Positions 52,546 to 60,834 of a DNA stretch of 64,000 bases are shown here, one piece after another; the stretch's first letter is position 1; every line of letters begins with the position of its first letter. A program made the translations under genes and the position numbers. The DNA lies in the NCBI GenBank assembly GCA_963740315.1, contig CAVUDP010000001.1, forward strand, positions 1,248,001-1,312,000, read 5' to 3'. This DNA comes from an uncultured cyanobacterium. GTDB taxonomy: Bacteria > Cyanobacteriota > Cyanobacteriia > Cyanobacteriales > Nostocaceae. A model generated the notes under the pieces. That model had not been told where the DNA came from, did not search any database, and worked only from the letters and a program-made list of their open reading frames with translations.

Positions 52546-52833
52546 ATGGAAAACAATATGAAAGTCTGGTTTATTTGCTTCCTCGTACTGTTTGCTTTAT
52601 CGCAGCTATTCGATTGGGTACAGCAGTTATCTTTACCTTTGCCAATTTATATTTTAGGTGGCGCATTTTTGGCAGTTGCTTCTAATTACGAAAAGCTTTT
52701 TGGCAGTTATTTAGGCGAATATTCAGGTGAAACTTATACTCAACAGCAATTAGATGCTGCTTCTCAACCTGAAGCTACCTTTAATACTTCTCAATCTGTG
52801 AAAGAAATTGAGGAATTGGAAATTAGGGAGTAG
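52546..52833 (+). CDS. Small conserved cyanobacterial membrane protein
   Basis: Two hydrophobic segments (MKVWFICF..., PLPIYILGGAFLAVASN); start uncertain (52504, 52546 or 52558). Confidence 0.6.
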   Translation: MENNMKVWFICFLVLFALSQLFDWVQQLSLPLPIYILGGAFLAVASNYEKLFGSYLGEYSGETYTQQQLDAASQPEATFNTSQSVKEIEELEIRE

Positions 52834-52866
52834 GAAGTAGGGAGTAGGAAGTAGGGAATAGAAAAA

Positions 52867-53208
52867 TTATTTAGCTGGAATTATGTCAGAGACAACTTGA
52901 ACAAAACAAAATCCCGCAATTAAAGCAGTAATTACCGCACCAATAATTACTCCTTTCATTAAAGCAAATTCTCTTCCTATTTTAAGGCTTAGAATTAAAG
53001 GAATAACGTATAAAAGTTGATATAACCATACACCACTAAAACCCAGAATAAGAGCATTATATCCCAAACCGGGAAAAAATTTATCTGCTAAAAAAGCACC
53101 TGCATACATTCCTAAAAAGCTAAGTGAAGAGTTAATTATTAATACTAATAAAATGCCTCCAATAATTGCCAACCAATAATTGCGAGAGTTAGGATTTCTA
53201 TTTGACAT
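52867..53208 (-). CDS. Small 3-TM membrane protein with a C-terminal lipobox-like Cys (paralog B)
   Basis: QLLYVIPL...MKGVIIGAVITALIAGFCF; paralogous to 53218-53529. Confidence 0.75.
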   Translation of the reverse strand: MSNRNPNSRNYWLAIIGGILLVLIINSSLSFLGMYAGAFLADKFFPGLGYNALILGFSGVWLYQLLYVIPLILSLKIGREFALMKGVIIGAVITALIAGFCFVQVVSDIIPAK

Positions 53209-53217
53209 GATTTTATA

Positions 53218-53529
53218 TTATTGAGATGTCAGTAATAAAAAGCAGCCACCATTTAGTAAAAAAGTAATCACCGCACCAATAATTACACCTTTCATCACGA
53301 GCGGTTTTCGTTTGCGTTTCAACCAAATACAAATTGGAATTACATATAAAAGCTGCCATAGAGAAAAACAGCCAAATCCAAGAAGCCAAACACCCAAAGC
53401 GGTATAGCCACCATAAAGTTCTTGCAAAATTAAACTTAGGGCATATATTGCTAATAATGTAAAAATATGGATGATGAATAATAATAGTATGCCTTTAAGA
53501 ACTCCCCAAAATTCATTTTCTTGCGACAT
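53218..53529 (-). CDS. Small 3-TM membrane protein with a C-terminal lipobox-like Cys (paralog A)
   Basis: QLLYVIPI...KRKRK..MKGVIIGAVITFLLNGGCF; starts 10 bp downstream of the radical SAM gene. Confidence 0.75.
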   Translation of the reverse strand: MSQENEFWGVLKGILLLFIIHIFTLLAIYALSLILQELYGGYTALGVWLLGFGCFSLWQLLYVIPICIWLKRKRKPLVMKGVIIGAVITFLLNGGCFLLLTSQ

Positions 53530-53539
53530 AGTTTTTTAA

Positions 53540-54952
53540 TCAATTCCGATTATTCACCAAATCATAACCAGCACTACCTTCACGATAAAACATATTAAAA
53601 GTGTCAAAAGGAATAATTCTACCGTCGGGGTGTACGATATGAATACAAGAACGTTTAACCGATCGCACGTCAAAGTTAAATGGATCGAGAAACTGCACTA
53701 TCATCACCCGAAAAATATTGGAATAACTGATTCCTGCGGGTACGTTAACCATCGGCAAACAACACAAAAGCTGTTTTAATGAAGTTGCAGCCGAAGCCGG
53801 TGAATGACTGGTAGAAAATAACTCAAAAACTTGGCGTTTTAACTCTTCATTCTGTTCGTAAAGTACGCTATTCGGCATCATTTCTACAAACGCTTCTGGA
53901 TTAATTAACCCAGTCAAAGGTATTACTTTACCATTGAGTTTCAATGCATATCCCATCGCCAGACAATCGGGATGACAGGGAACCGGAAGAATATCTTCGG
54001 GTTTAAAATATGGACTTTGCTCTAAAATCGATCTGCGAACTTCTGTAAGAGTATATCTATCTGTTTTGGGGTTAAATCCTGATAATCTCCCCGCAGCCTG
54101 TATCGGTTGAAACGTGACACCACGGACGCATTTTTGCTGTAGTGCGTATTCAATAATTTTGCCGATTTCGCCGTCATTTAAACCTTTTTTAACCGTAACA
54201 ACCAAAGTTGTAGAAATATTGTACTTATTTAATTGTGCGATCGCCTTTTCTCTAATAACCCGCAAATCAGCACCACGCAATTCTTGTAAAGCTTCGGGTT
54301 TAAAACTATCAAATTGTAAATATATTTCAATTCCCGGCATATATTGGGAAAGGCGATCGCAAAATGCTTTATCGTTAGCAATTCTCACACCGTTAGTATT
54401 AATCATCAAATGCTTTATCGGTTTGCTTTTGACAATATCTAATATTTGAAAAAACTCAGGATGTATAGTAGGTTCACCACCACTCAACTGCACGATTTGC
54501 GGTTCCCCTTCATTTTCTACAACCGCATCAATCATACTTTCAATTTGTTTTAAACTGCGGTGTTTTCGGGGTTGATGGGATTCCGAAAACTCTTCGACAC
54601 CAGAATCAGCATAACAAATTGGACAAGAAAGATTGCATTTATCGGTAACTTCAATTAAAGTTAAACAGCTATGTTGTTCGTGATCCGGACAAAGCCCGCA
54701 ATCGTAAGGACAACCGTATTTTATCGGTGTATTAAACTGTCTCGGCATATCTCCGGGCTTAATAAACTCCAGAGATTTTTTATAATATTCAATATCGTCA
54801 GCAATCAATACTTCTTCTCTGCCGTGAGTGGCACAATGTTTAACCAAATAAACGCGATCGTCTTGAAAAATAATTTTTGCTTCCACCTTAACAAGACACT
54901 TTGAACAAACGCTATTAGTCAAAGCGTAGAAAAGATAATTACGATTTGGCAT
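53540..54952 (-). CDS. Radical SAM enzyme, MJ0619/Tes (GDGT-MAS)-like architecture
   Basis: N-terminal CxxC (VCSKC) plus CxxH (HCATH); GCPYDCGLCPDH; radical SAM motif CNLSCPIC; SGGEPT; C-terminal PCHPDC and RSCIH...GRIIPF. Confidence 0.88.
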   Translation of the reverse strand: MPNRNYLFYALTNSVCSKCLVKVEAKIIFQDDRVYLVKHCATHGREEVLIADDIEYYKKSLEFIKPGDMPRQFNTPIKYGCPYDCGLCPDHEQHSCLTLIEVTDKCNLSCPICYADSGVEEFSESHQPRKHRSLKQIESMIDAVVENEGEPQIVQLSGGEPTIHPEFFQILDIVKSKPIKHLMINTNGVRIANDKAFCDRLSQYMPGIEIYLQFDSFKPEALQELRGADLRVIREKAIAQLNKYNISTTLVVTVKKGLNDGEIGKIIEYALQQKCVRGVTFQPIQAAGRLSGFNPKTDRYTLTEVRRSILEQSPYFKPEDILPVPCHPDCLAMGYALKLNGKVIPLTGLINPEAFVEMMPNSVLYEQNEELKRQVFELFSTSHSPASAATSLKQLLCCLPMVNVPAGISYSNIFRVMIVQFLDPFNFDVRSVKRSCIHIVHPDGRIIPFDTFNMFYREGSAGYDLVNNRN

Positions 54953-55045
54953 TAGTCAATTTTGGATTTTATATTTTGGATTTTGGATTGGAAAGTAGTC
55001 AGTTAGGAGTTAGGAGTTAGGGATTAGAAGTTAGGAGATGATATT

Positions 55046-55099
55046 GCGGAGGAAGCGGAGGAAGCGGAGGAAGCGGAGGAAGCGGAGGAAGCGGAGGAA
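55046..55099. repeat. Nonamer tandem repeat GCGGAGGAA, 6 copies, followed by a CCCCATCT array (55119-55205)
   Basis: Direct inspection. Confidence 0.9.
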
Positions 55100-55205
55100 G
55101 CAATTTTAAATTAATTTTTCTCCCCATCTCCCCATCTCCCCATCTCCCCATCTCCCCCTCTACCCCCTCTACCCCATCCCCCCATCTCCCCATCCCCCCA
55201 TCCCC

Positions 55206-55781
55206 TCACCCTTCCTTCTTCTGCCCTTCGGAGACAAGCTCTGAAAGAATATTCCCCGTCAAATCTAAAAGTTGGTCTAGCACTAATCCGATAGTTCCGA
55301 TACAGATTATACCTTCAATAATGTCACTTACTTTACTTTCTTTATAAGCATTCCAAATGATAAAACCAAGCCCTTGATTGAGAGTCAGCATTTCAATAGA
55401 AATTGCGCTAAACCAAGCAATCCAAACAGCCGATCTTAAACCCTCAAATATATGCTTAATTACTACTCTAGAATTTCTAACTTGTTTGCGTCCGTGTCGT
55501 ATTCCTGTAGCGGTATTTATAATAATTGACCAGATAGCACTAAAGAAAACAATTACAATTGCAGCAGCTTCAGCATCTTTAAAAAATATTAAAGCGATCG
55601 GCAGTAAAGCAATGGGGACAATAGTATTTGGGACTTGAAATATCCACTTACATATTTGATAAACAAATCTATTTATACCAATAAAATACCCAATCAAAAT
55701 ACCCACAATAGCAGCGGGAACATAGCCTACTAATAATAATTGTAAGCTCGATAAAAGATTAAAAAAAATACTTCGTTCCAT
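55206..55781 (-). CDS. Orphan NrtB/SsuC-like ABC permease domain with a shortened cytoplasmic loop
   Basis: SL..LLVGY.PAAIVGILIG, P.ALLPIAL, IIINTATGI and GLGFIIWNAY; no ATPase or binding-protein gene nearby. Confidence 0.75.
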   Translation of the reverse strand: MERSIFFNLLSSLQLLLVGYVPAAIVGILIGYFIGINRFVYQICKWIFQVPNTIVPIALLPIALIFFKDAEAAAIVIVFFSAIWSIIINTATGIRHGRKQVRNSRVVIKHIFEGLRSAVWIAWFSAISIEMLTLNQGLGFIIWNAYKESKVSDIIEGIICIGTIGLVLDQLLDLTGNILSELVSEGQKKEG

Positions 55782-55784
55782 TAT

Positions 55785-56534
55785 TTAAGATTTTATGCGG
55801 AACATTTTAGGGATCGTGCGACGATAATACAAAATAGCGATGAGACAAGCTGTTTGAATTGCACTTAATCCCAAAAAAGCATGAAAATCTGGCTTAATAA
55901 AATCTATCAGGAAGCGAAAGGTTAAATAAGAGATTAAATAGAATTGAAATAAATCGCCTTGTTGGTAGTTATAGCGACTGCGAAAGCGGAGAAATATAGT
56001 TAAAATAATTAAAAATATAATTTCATATAGCTGCGTCGGATGGCGTGTAATTCCGTCACCGAAATCGATACCCCAAGGTAAATTAGTTGCTATACCGTAA
56101 GTTTTATCGCTCAAACCAGTTAGAAAACAGCCAATTCTACCAATCGCAGTTCCCGCAATTAGAGGGTAAACAAATACATCACCAGTTGAGCGGTTGACAC
56201 CAATAATTTTCTTAGTAATTTCTACTCCAATTAATCCCCCCAACAAAGCACCAACAACAGTTTTACCCTGTAAAAATAGGAATAAAAACTGTTGCCAATC
56301 TTGCCATAATAAATTGATATGTTGCAATAAAACCAGCAACTTTGCACCCAATAAAGCCCCTAGCATTCCACCAACAACAACAGAAGAACGTTGTGCGGTA
56401 GAAATCGAATCTTGACGCACGTTTCGCAACATCAAACGAAACGCCACAGCATAAGCCAAAGATTCAAATAAAATATGCGGATGAATTTTAAAAAAACCCA
56501 GAGAAATATAAATTGGGAATTGGTAATTGGGCAT
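55785..56534 (-). CDS. Prolipoprotein diacylglyceryl transferase (Lgt)-family paralog
   Basis: GRIGCFLTG, LPWGIDFGDG..RHPTQLYE and RFLIDFIK are Lgt-like motifs. Confidence 0.85.
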   Translation of the reverse strand: MPNYQFPIYISLGFFKIHPHILFESLAYAVAFRLMLRNVRQDSISTAQRSSVVVGGMLGALLGAKLLVLLQHINLLWQDWQQFLFLFLQGKTVVGALLGGLIGVEITKKIIGVNRSTGDVFVYPLIAGTAIGRIGCFLTGLSDKTYGIATNLPWGIDFGDGITRHPTQLYEIIFLIILTIFLRFRSRYNYQQGDLFQFYLISYLTFRFLIDFIKPDFHAFLGLSAIQTACLIAILYYRRTIPKMFRIKS

Positions 56535-56653
56535 TGGTAATTGGTAATTGGTAATAGAAGTTAAGAGTTAGAAATTAGAAATTAAGACTTATCAACGATT
56601 TTTTAATCTTCTCCCCATCTCCCCATCTCCCCATCCCCCCATCTCCCCATCTC

Positions 56654-57250
56654 TTATTTCCCTATATTCCGTTTCATTTCTTCTAACTCCGCTTCGGTTT
56701 CCCAACGAAGGAATTTTTCTTCTAAGTCGTCGTAAGTTTTAGAACTGGAACTGGAATTGGGATAGGTGCTGCTTGCACTCCACCAACCTGCATCTGTTTC
56801 GATACGTTGTTGTGATTGCGCTTTTGTACGTGCTGCTTGGGCTTCTGTGGCTTTGGTTTGGACTTCTTGTCTTCGTAGCTGAATTTTTTTGTATAACTCT
56901 TTGGCTTGGGTGATGCGTTCTTTTACACCTTGCATTTGTCCCCAAAGCTGGTTTCCTTGTCGTAATAACGCTGCTTCTCTTTCTTCAGCTTTTGCGGCTA
57001 AATCCTGTCTACCAGCATTTTTCGCTTTTTGTACTCTAACGTGCCATCTTTGAATTTCTTGGGCTGTGGACAATACTTCGTCTTGCTTGCACTTTTCCTG
57101 TAACTGCAAATCTGCAATTAGTCTGAGAGTGTCTTCTTCCTGTTCCCGTAACTGTTCCAATAGTGCGTCTAATTCCAAATGCGGATTATTTCGCAGGAAT
57201 TCTTCTAAACGACTTTCTAGAAATTTGCTCAAATCGTCAAATAAGCCCAC
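56654..57250 (-). CDS. PspA/IM30-like coiled-coil protein (TIGR04376-type)
   Basis: MGLFDD..RLEEFL..NPHLEL, a long coiled coil, and C-terminal LEEKF..WE...ELEEMK. Confidence 0.8.
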   Translation of the reverse strand: MGLFDDLSKFLESRLEEFLRNNPHLELDALLEQLREQEEDTLRLIADLQLQEKCKQDEVLSTAQEIQRWHVRVQKAKNAGRQDLAAKAEEREAALLRQGNQLWGQMQGVKERITQAKELYKKIQLRRQEVQTKATEAQAARTKAQSQQRIETDAGWWSASSTYPNSSSSSKTYDDLEEKFLRWETEAELEEMKRNIGK

Positions 57251-57611
57251 TTTCTCTTAACTCCAAACCTAAGCATGACTAGATTTATTGTAGTGATTAT
57301 TATCGCCAATGCGAAAGTAAGTTTTATTGCAAAAGCTTTTACCTCACAAATTAAATCACACATATTTGATATTTTTTTACTACTTACCTCAAAGAAGTAG
57401 AACTCATAACGACTTTCTTAACAATCACTCAATTCCATCTGGGGTAATAGTAATTAGTCAGCCCTAAGCAAGATAAACAAGTTATTCAAATAATCTAAAA
57501 TAAACGAAATTCTCGATCGCAAGAGCTAATTTTATACTCAATATAGCAAACGCAATGTAAGGGTATACACCTTGATTAAATTTATTTATTAAATAACAGT
57601 TCAAGTTCAAA

Positions 57612-58742
57612 ATGAAAATAGCAGTATTAGGACACAGAACATTCCCTATTAGCGAGCCTTTTTCTGGAGGTTTGGAACGGTTTATTTATTCTTTAGTAAC
57701 TGGTTTACAGCGAAAAGGATGCGATGTAACTTTGTTTTCACACCCAGATTCAGATGCAAGTCTTAATGTTGCTCCTACATCTTTTATAGATACTTCTTTT
57801 TGTACTACCTCTGACGAAAAATCTCATGAAGCTTTCTTGAGCATCATGGATTATTTGAATTACGATGATTTTGATATCGTTCACAATAATTCTTTAAATT
57901 ATTTTCCTATAGTTTTATCTGAAACTATATCTACTCCTTTAGTAACTACCCTGCATACTCCACCCTTTCCATTGCTTTATAGTGCGGTTAAACATCGCCA
58001 ACGTAGAGCTAACTATATTTCTATTTCCAAATTTAACGCCGAAACCTGGGGTTTAAATAATGGATTATCACAAATAATTTACAACGGTGTTGATACCGAT
58101 ATCTTTTCTTTCAGCGATAATAATTCAAAGGATTTTGCAGTTTGGACGGGAAGAATTATTCCTTGTAAAGGTACTCATTTAGCAATTGAAGCAGCTAAAA
58201 AAGCAAACATAAATTTAGTCATAGCAGGTCCAATTTGCGATTTAGAATATTTTGAAAACCAAGTAAAACCTCACTTAAATGAAGGAGTACGGTATGTGGG
58301 ACATTTAGGTAAGGAAGAACTGATTTCGCTTATACAAACTGCCTCAGTAACATTATGTACGCCAGTCTGGTCTGAGCCGTTTGGTTTGGTTGTAATTGAG
58401 AGTTTATCTTGCGGTACTCCAGTAGTTGCTTTTAATCGGGGAGCGATCGCGGAAATTATTGACAAAAACACCGGGATTTTGGTAACTCCAGACGATACCG
58501 ATGCAATGGCTCAAGCAATCAAACAAGCTAAATATCTTTCTCGATATGCCTGTAGGAAAAAAGTACTTAGCAATTTCAGTCTGGATGCAATGCTGTCAAA
58601 TTATTTACAAGCTTTTGAACAAATTGCAAATACTCGTACAAGTAGACAGAAATCATGCACATCGGCTACTACATCCACTCTCACGGTAAGGGACACTTAC
58701 AAAGGGCGCAGGCGATTTCAAAACACATTAAATCGGACGTAA
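57612..58742 (+). CDS. Glycosyltransferase family 4
   Basis: GGLE, HNNS, TLHTPP, GRIIPCKG and EPFGLVVIESLSCGTPV. Confidence 0.92.
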   Translation: MKIAVLGHRTFPISEPFSGGLERFIYSLVTGLQRKGCDVTLFSHPDSDASLNVAPTSFIDTSFCTTSDEKSHEAFLSIMDYLNYDDFDIVHNNSLNYFPIVLSETISTPLVTTLHTPPFPLLYSAVKHRQRRANYISISKFNAETWGLNNGLSQIIYNGVDTDIFSFSDNNSKDFAVWTGRIIPCKGTHLAIEAAKKANINLVIAGPICDLEYFENQVKPHLNEGVRYVGHLGKEELISLIQTASVTLCTPVWSEPFGLVVIESLSCGTPVVAFNRGAIAEIIDKNTGILVTPDDTDAMAQAIKQAKYLSRYACRKKVLSNFSLDAMLSNYLQAFEQIANTRTSRQKSCTSATTSTLTVRDTYKGRRRFQNTLNRT

Positions 58743-59761
58743 CTTTTTTAGGAAGCAATCTTTTAAATTCTGATGTTTCTAATAGCTTCAACATCGTTAA
58801 TTTACCTCCTGATGAAGTTGGATATGTTCCTCCCGTACACATAAACGAAAACTGCGAAACCCTTTCCTTCCACTACGCACCATATGCAGCGAAAACCTAT
58901 CAGCAGCGAATGTTAAAGTTAGCGCAATGGGTAGAAACAACTCATCCCACGCTAGTTGTTGTTGATGTTTCGAGTGAAATAACTCAATATTTTCGGCTTT
59001 TGGGAGTACCAGTAATTTCCATGCGTCAACATGGCGATCGCAATGATTCGGCGCATCTTTGCGGTTACGATGCTGCTTACAAATTACTCGCACCTTATCC
59101 TCAATCTTTAGAATCGACATCAACTCTATATTGGGTTAGACAAAAAACGATTTACGTTCCCGGATTTTCGCGTTATTCGGGAAGAGTTTTAAGTAAATCG
59201 CAAGCACGAGATAATCTAGGGATTAACCAGCAGCAAAAAGTAGTTTTGGTACTTAAAGGAGGAGGAGGAGACAAACATTGCTTGGAAAGTATTTCGTCAG
59301 CTGCAAAAACAACTCCAAAATGGCAATGGTTTATAGTTGGTCCCACACAGATTAACAGTAATAAATTGCCGCAAAATATATCTTGTGAAGGATGGCAACA
59401 AGATACTTTTCCATATTTAAAAGCTGCTGACATTGTAATTGCTTCTGCTGGACATAACACCATAATGGAAATTGCAGAAGCACGAGTCCCGTTTTTATGC
59501 ATTCCCGAAGAAAGACCTTTTAACGAGCAAAAAGTTAAGGCAAAGTTGTTAGAAAAAATGGGTTTATGTCTTCATGTAAATTCTTTTCCTGCAACTTATT
59601 CAATTAAAAGTATTTTAGAATTATTGAGAAAAATGGATGTTAGTAATTGGAAAAATATCGTTTCATCAGATGGAGCGAAAAAAGCAGGAACGGCAATTGA
59701 ATCAGAAGCTTTTAAAATCCAAAATTCTCTATTAAAGAAAACTTATTGTAGGGTGTGTTAA
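58655..59761 (+). CDS. GT-B glycosyltransferase (GT28/MurG C-terminal-like)
   Basis: IGYYIHSHGKGH, VVDVS.E, SAGHNT..E and PEERPFNEQ. Confidence 0.85.
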   Translation: MHIGYYIHSHGKGHLQRAQAISKHIKSDVTFLGSNLLNSDVSNSFNIVNLPPDEVGYVPPVHINENCETLSFHYAPYAAKTYQQRMLKLAQWVETTHPTLVVVDVSSEITQYFRLLGVPVISMRQHGDRNDSAHLCGYDAAYKLLAPYPQSLESTSTLYWVRQKTIYVPGFSRYSGRVLSKSQARDNLGINQQQKVVLVLKGGGGDKHCLESISSAAKTTPKWQWFIVGPTQINSNKLPQNISCEGWQQDTFPYLKAADIVIASAGHNTIMEIAEARVPFLCIPEERPFNEQKVKAKLLEKMGLCLHVNSFPATYSIKSILELLRKMDVSNWKNIVSSDGAKKAGTAIESEAFKIQNSLLKKTYCRVC

Positions 59762-59900
59762 ACGCATGATTATATTATCTCAATAAACGATGATTTAAAT
59801 CGCGTTTAACGCACCATCCGGGATTAGCCCTAAATCGCCTTCACTCTGGAAGAGTAGGGCTATCGAAACAAAGCCCACCTGCGTGGGCTAAATTATTTTC

Positions 59901-60749
59901 CTATGAATCATTTTTTCTAAAAGCTTCAATTTCCGATTCTGAAGGGTATTTCAATATTTCAATCCGATCGTCTTCTAACTTAATATATCCTAATTCCTCA
60001 AACTGCTTTAACCACTTATCCATCGGTAGAAAATTCCATTTATCGTAAAAAACTTTAGCATTTTCTACAATATCTGCTAAATGATTCAACGGAGGAGAAT
60101 AAGAAGCATGAAATTGATGATATGCTAAAGCGCTAATTTTATAAAAAGGCAGTTTATTTAAGCGAGCGGTAAACGAAAAATCTGTGTCTTCTCCACCATA
60201 GCCAACGAAACGGGTATCGAATCCGCCAATTTGAGTAAAAGTTGATTTTCTAATTCCAAAACAAAGCGACCAAAATAACTCATAAGCATGATTTAACCGT
60301 TGATTTCCTTCTATTTCTTTACCTTGAAGGTGATGGGGTGACGAATCAGAATGCAGCGTTTCAAAAGTCCATTGCTTGCGCCATTGAGAATGTAAATAAC
60401 GAATCGAACCTTGATAAAGTGCGTCTTCTTGTTCGAGATGATAAACAAAGGTTTCAATTAAATTAGGATCGGGAATACAATCAACATCTAAAAATATTAA
60501 AAATTCACTACGAGCAACTGAAGAAGCTTGCGATCGCGCTTGTGCTAAAGGTAATTTATGAGGGGAATTAATTACAGAAGAGTTAATTTGAAAAGGTGTT
60601 GATGAGAGTTCGGGTAAAGAATCATTCATGCATATAATGACAAGTTCCCAAGGATGTATTTTTGAATTAATTAATCCTTTAATTAGATTTTGTAAATGCG
60701 AAGTTCTTCGAGAATAAAGCGTGCAAACTGATATTTTATGAATTGTCAT
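59901..60749 (-). CDS. Glycosyltransferase family 2 (galactosyltransferase-like C-terminus)
   Basis: FLDVDC, FWSLCF, GGFD..FVGYGGEDTDF and HQFH. Confidence 0.88.
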   Translation of the reverse strand: MTIHKISVCTLYSRRTSHLQNLIKGLINSKIHPWELVIICMNDSLPELSSTPFQINSSVINSPHKLPLAQARSQASSVARSEFLIFLDVDCIPDPNLIETFVYHLEQEDALYQGSIRYLHSQWRKQWTFETLHSDSSPHHLQGKEIEGNQRLNHAYELFWSLCFGIRKSTFTQIGGFDTRFVGYGGEDTDFSFTARLNKLPFYKISALAYHQFHASYSPPLNHLADIVENAKVFYDKWNFLPMDKWLKQFEELGYIKLEDDRIEILKYPSESEIEAFRKNDS

Positions 60750-60834
60750 TAAACGGTAACAGAAAGGTTTGTAGTTGCGCTTCAGCGCCTCTTCTCGGAA
60801 GGTTTAAAATGCAACTACGAACCATTATATTAAA

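Noticed and set aside
55206..55781. Nitrate transporter nrtB operon
   Set aside because: No nrtA, nrtC or nrtD, and the coupling loop is shortened.
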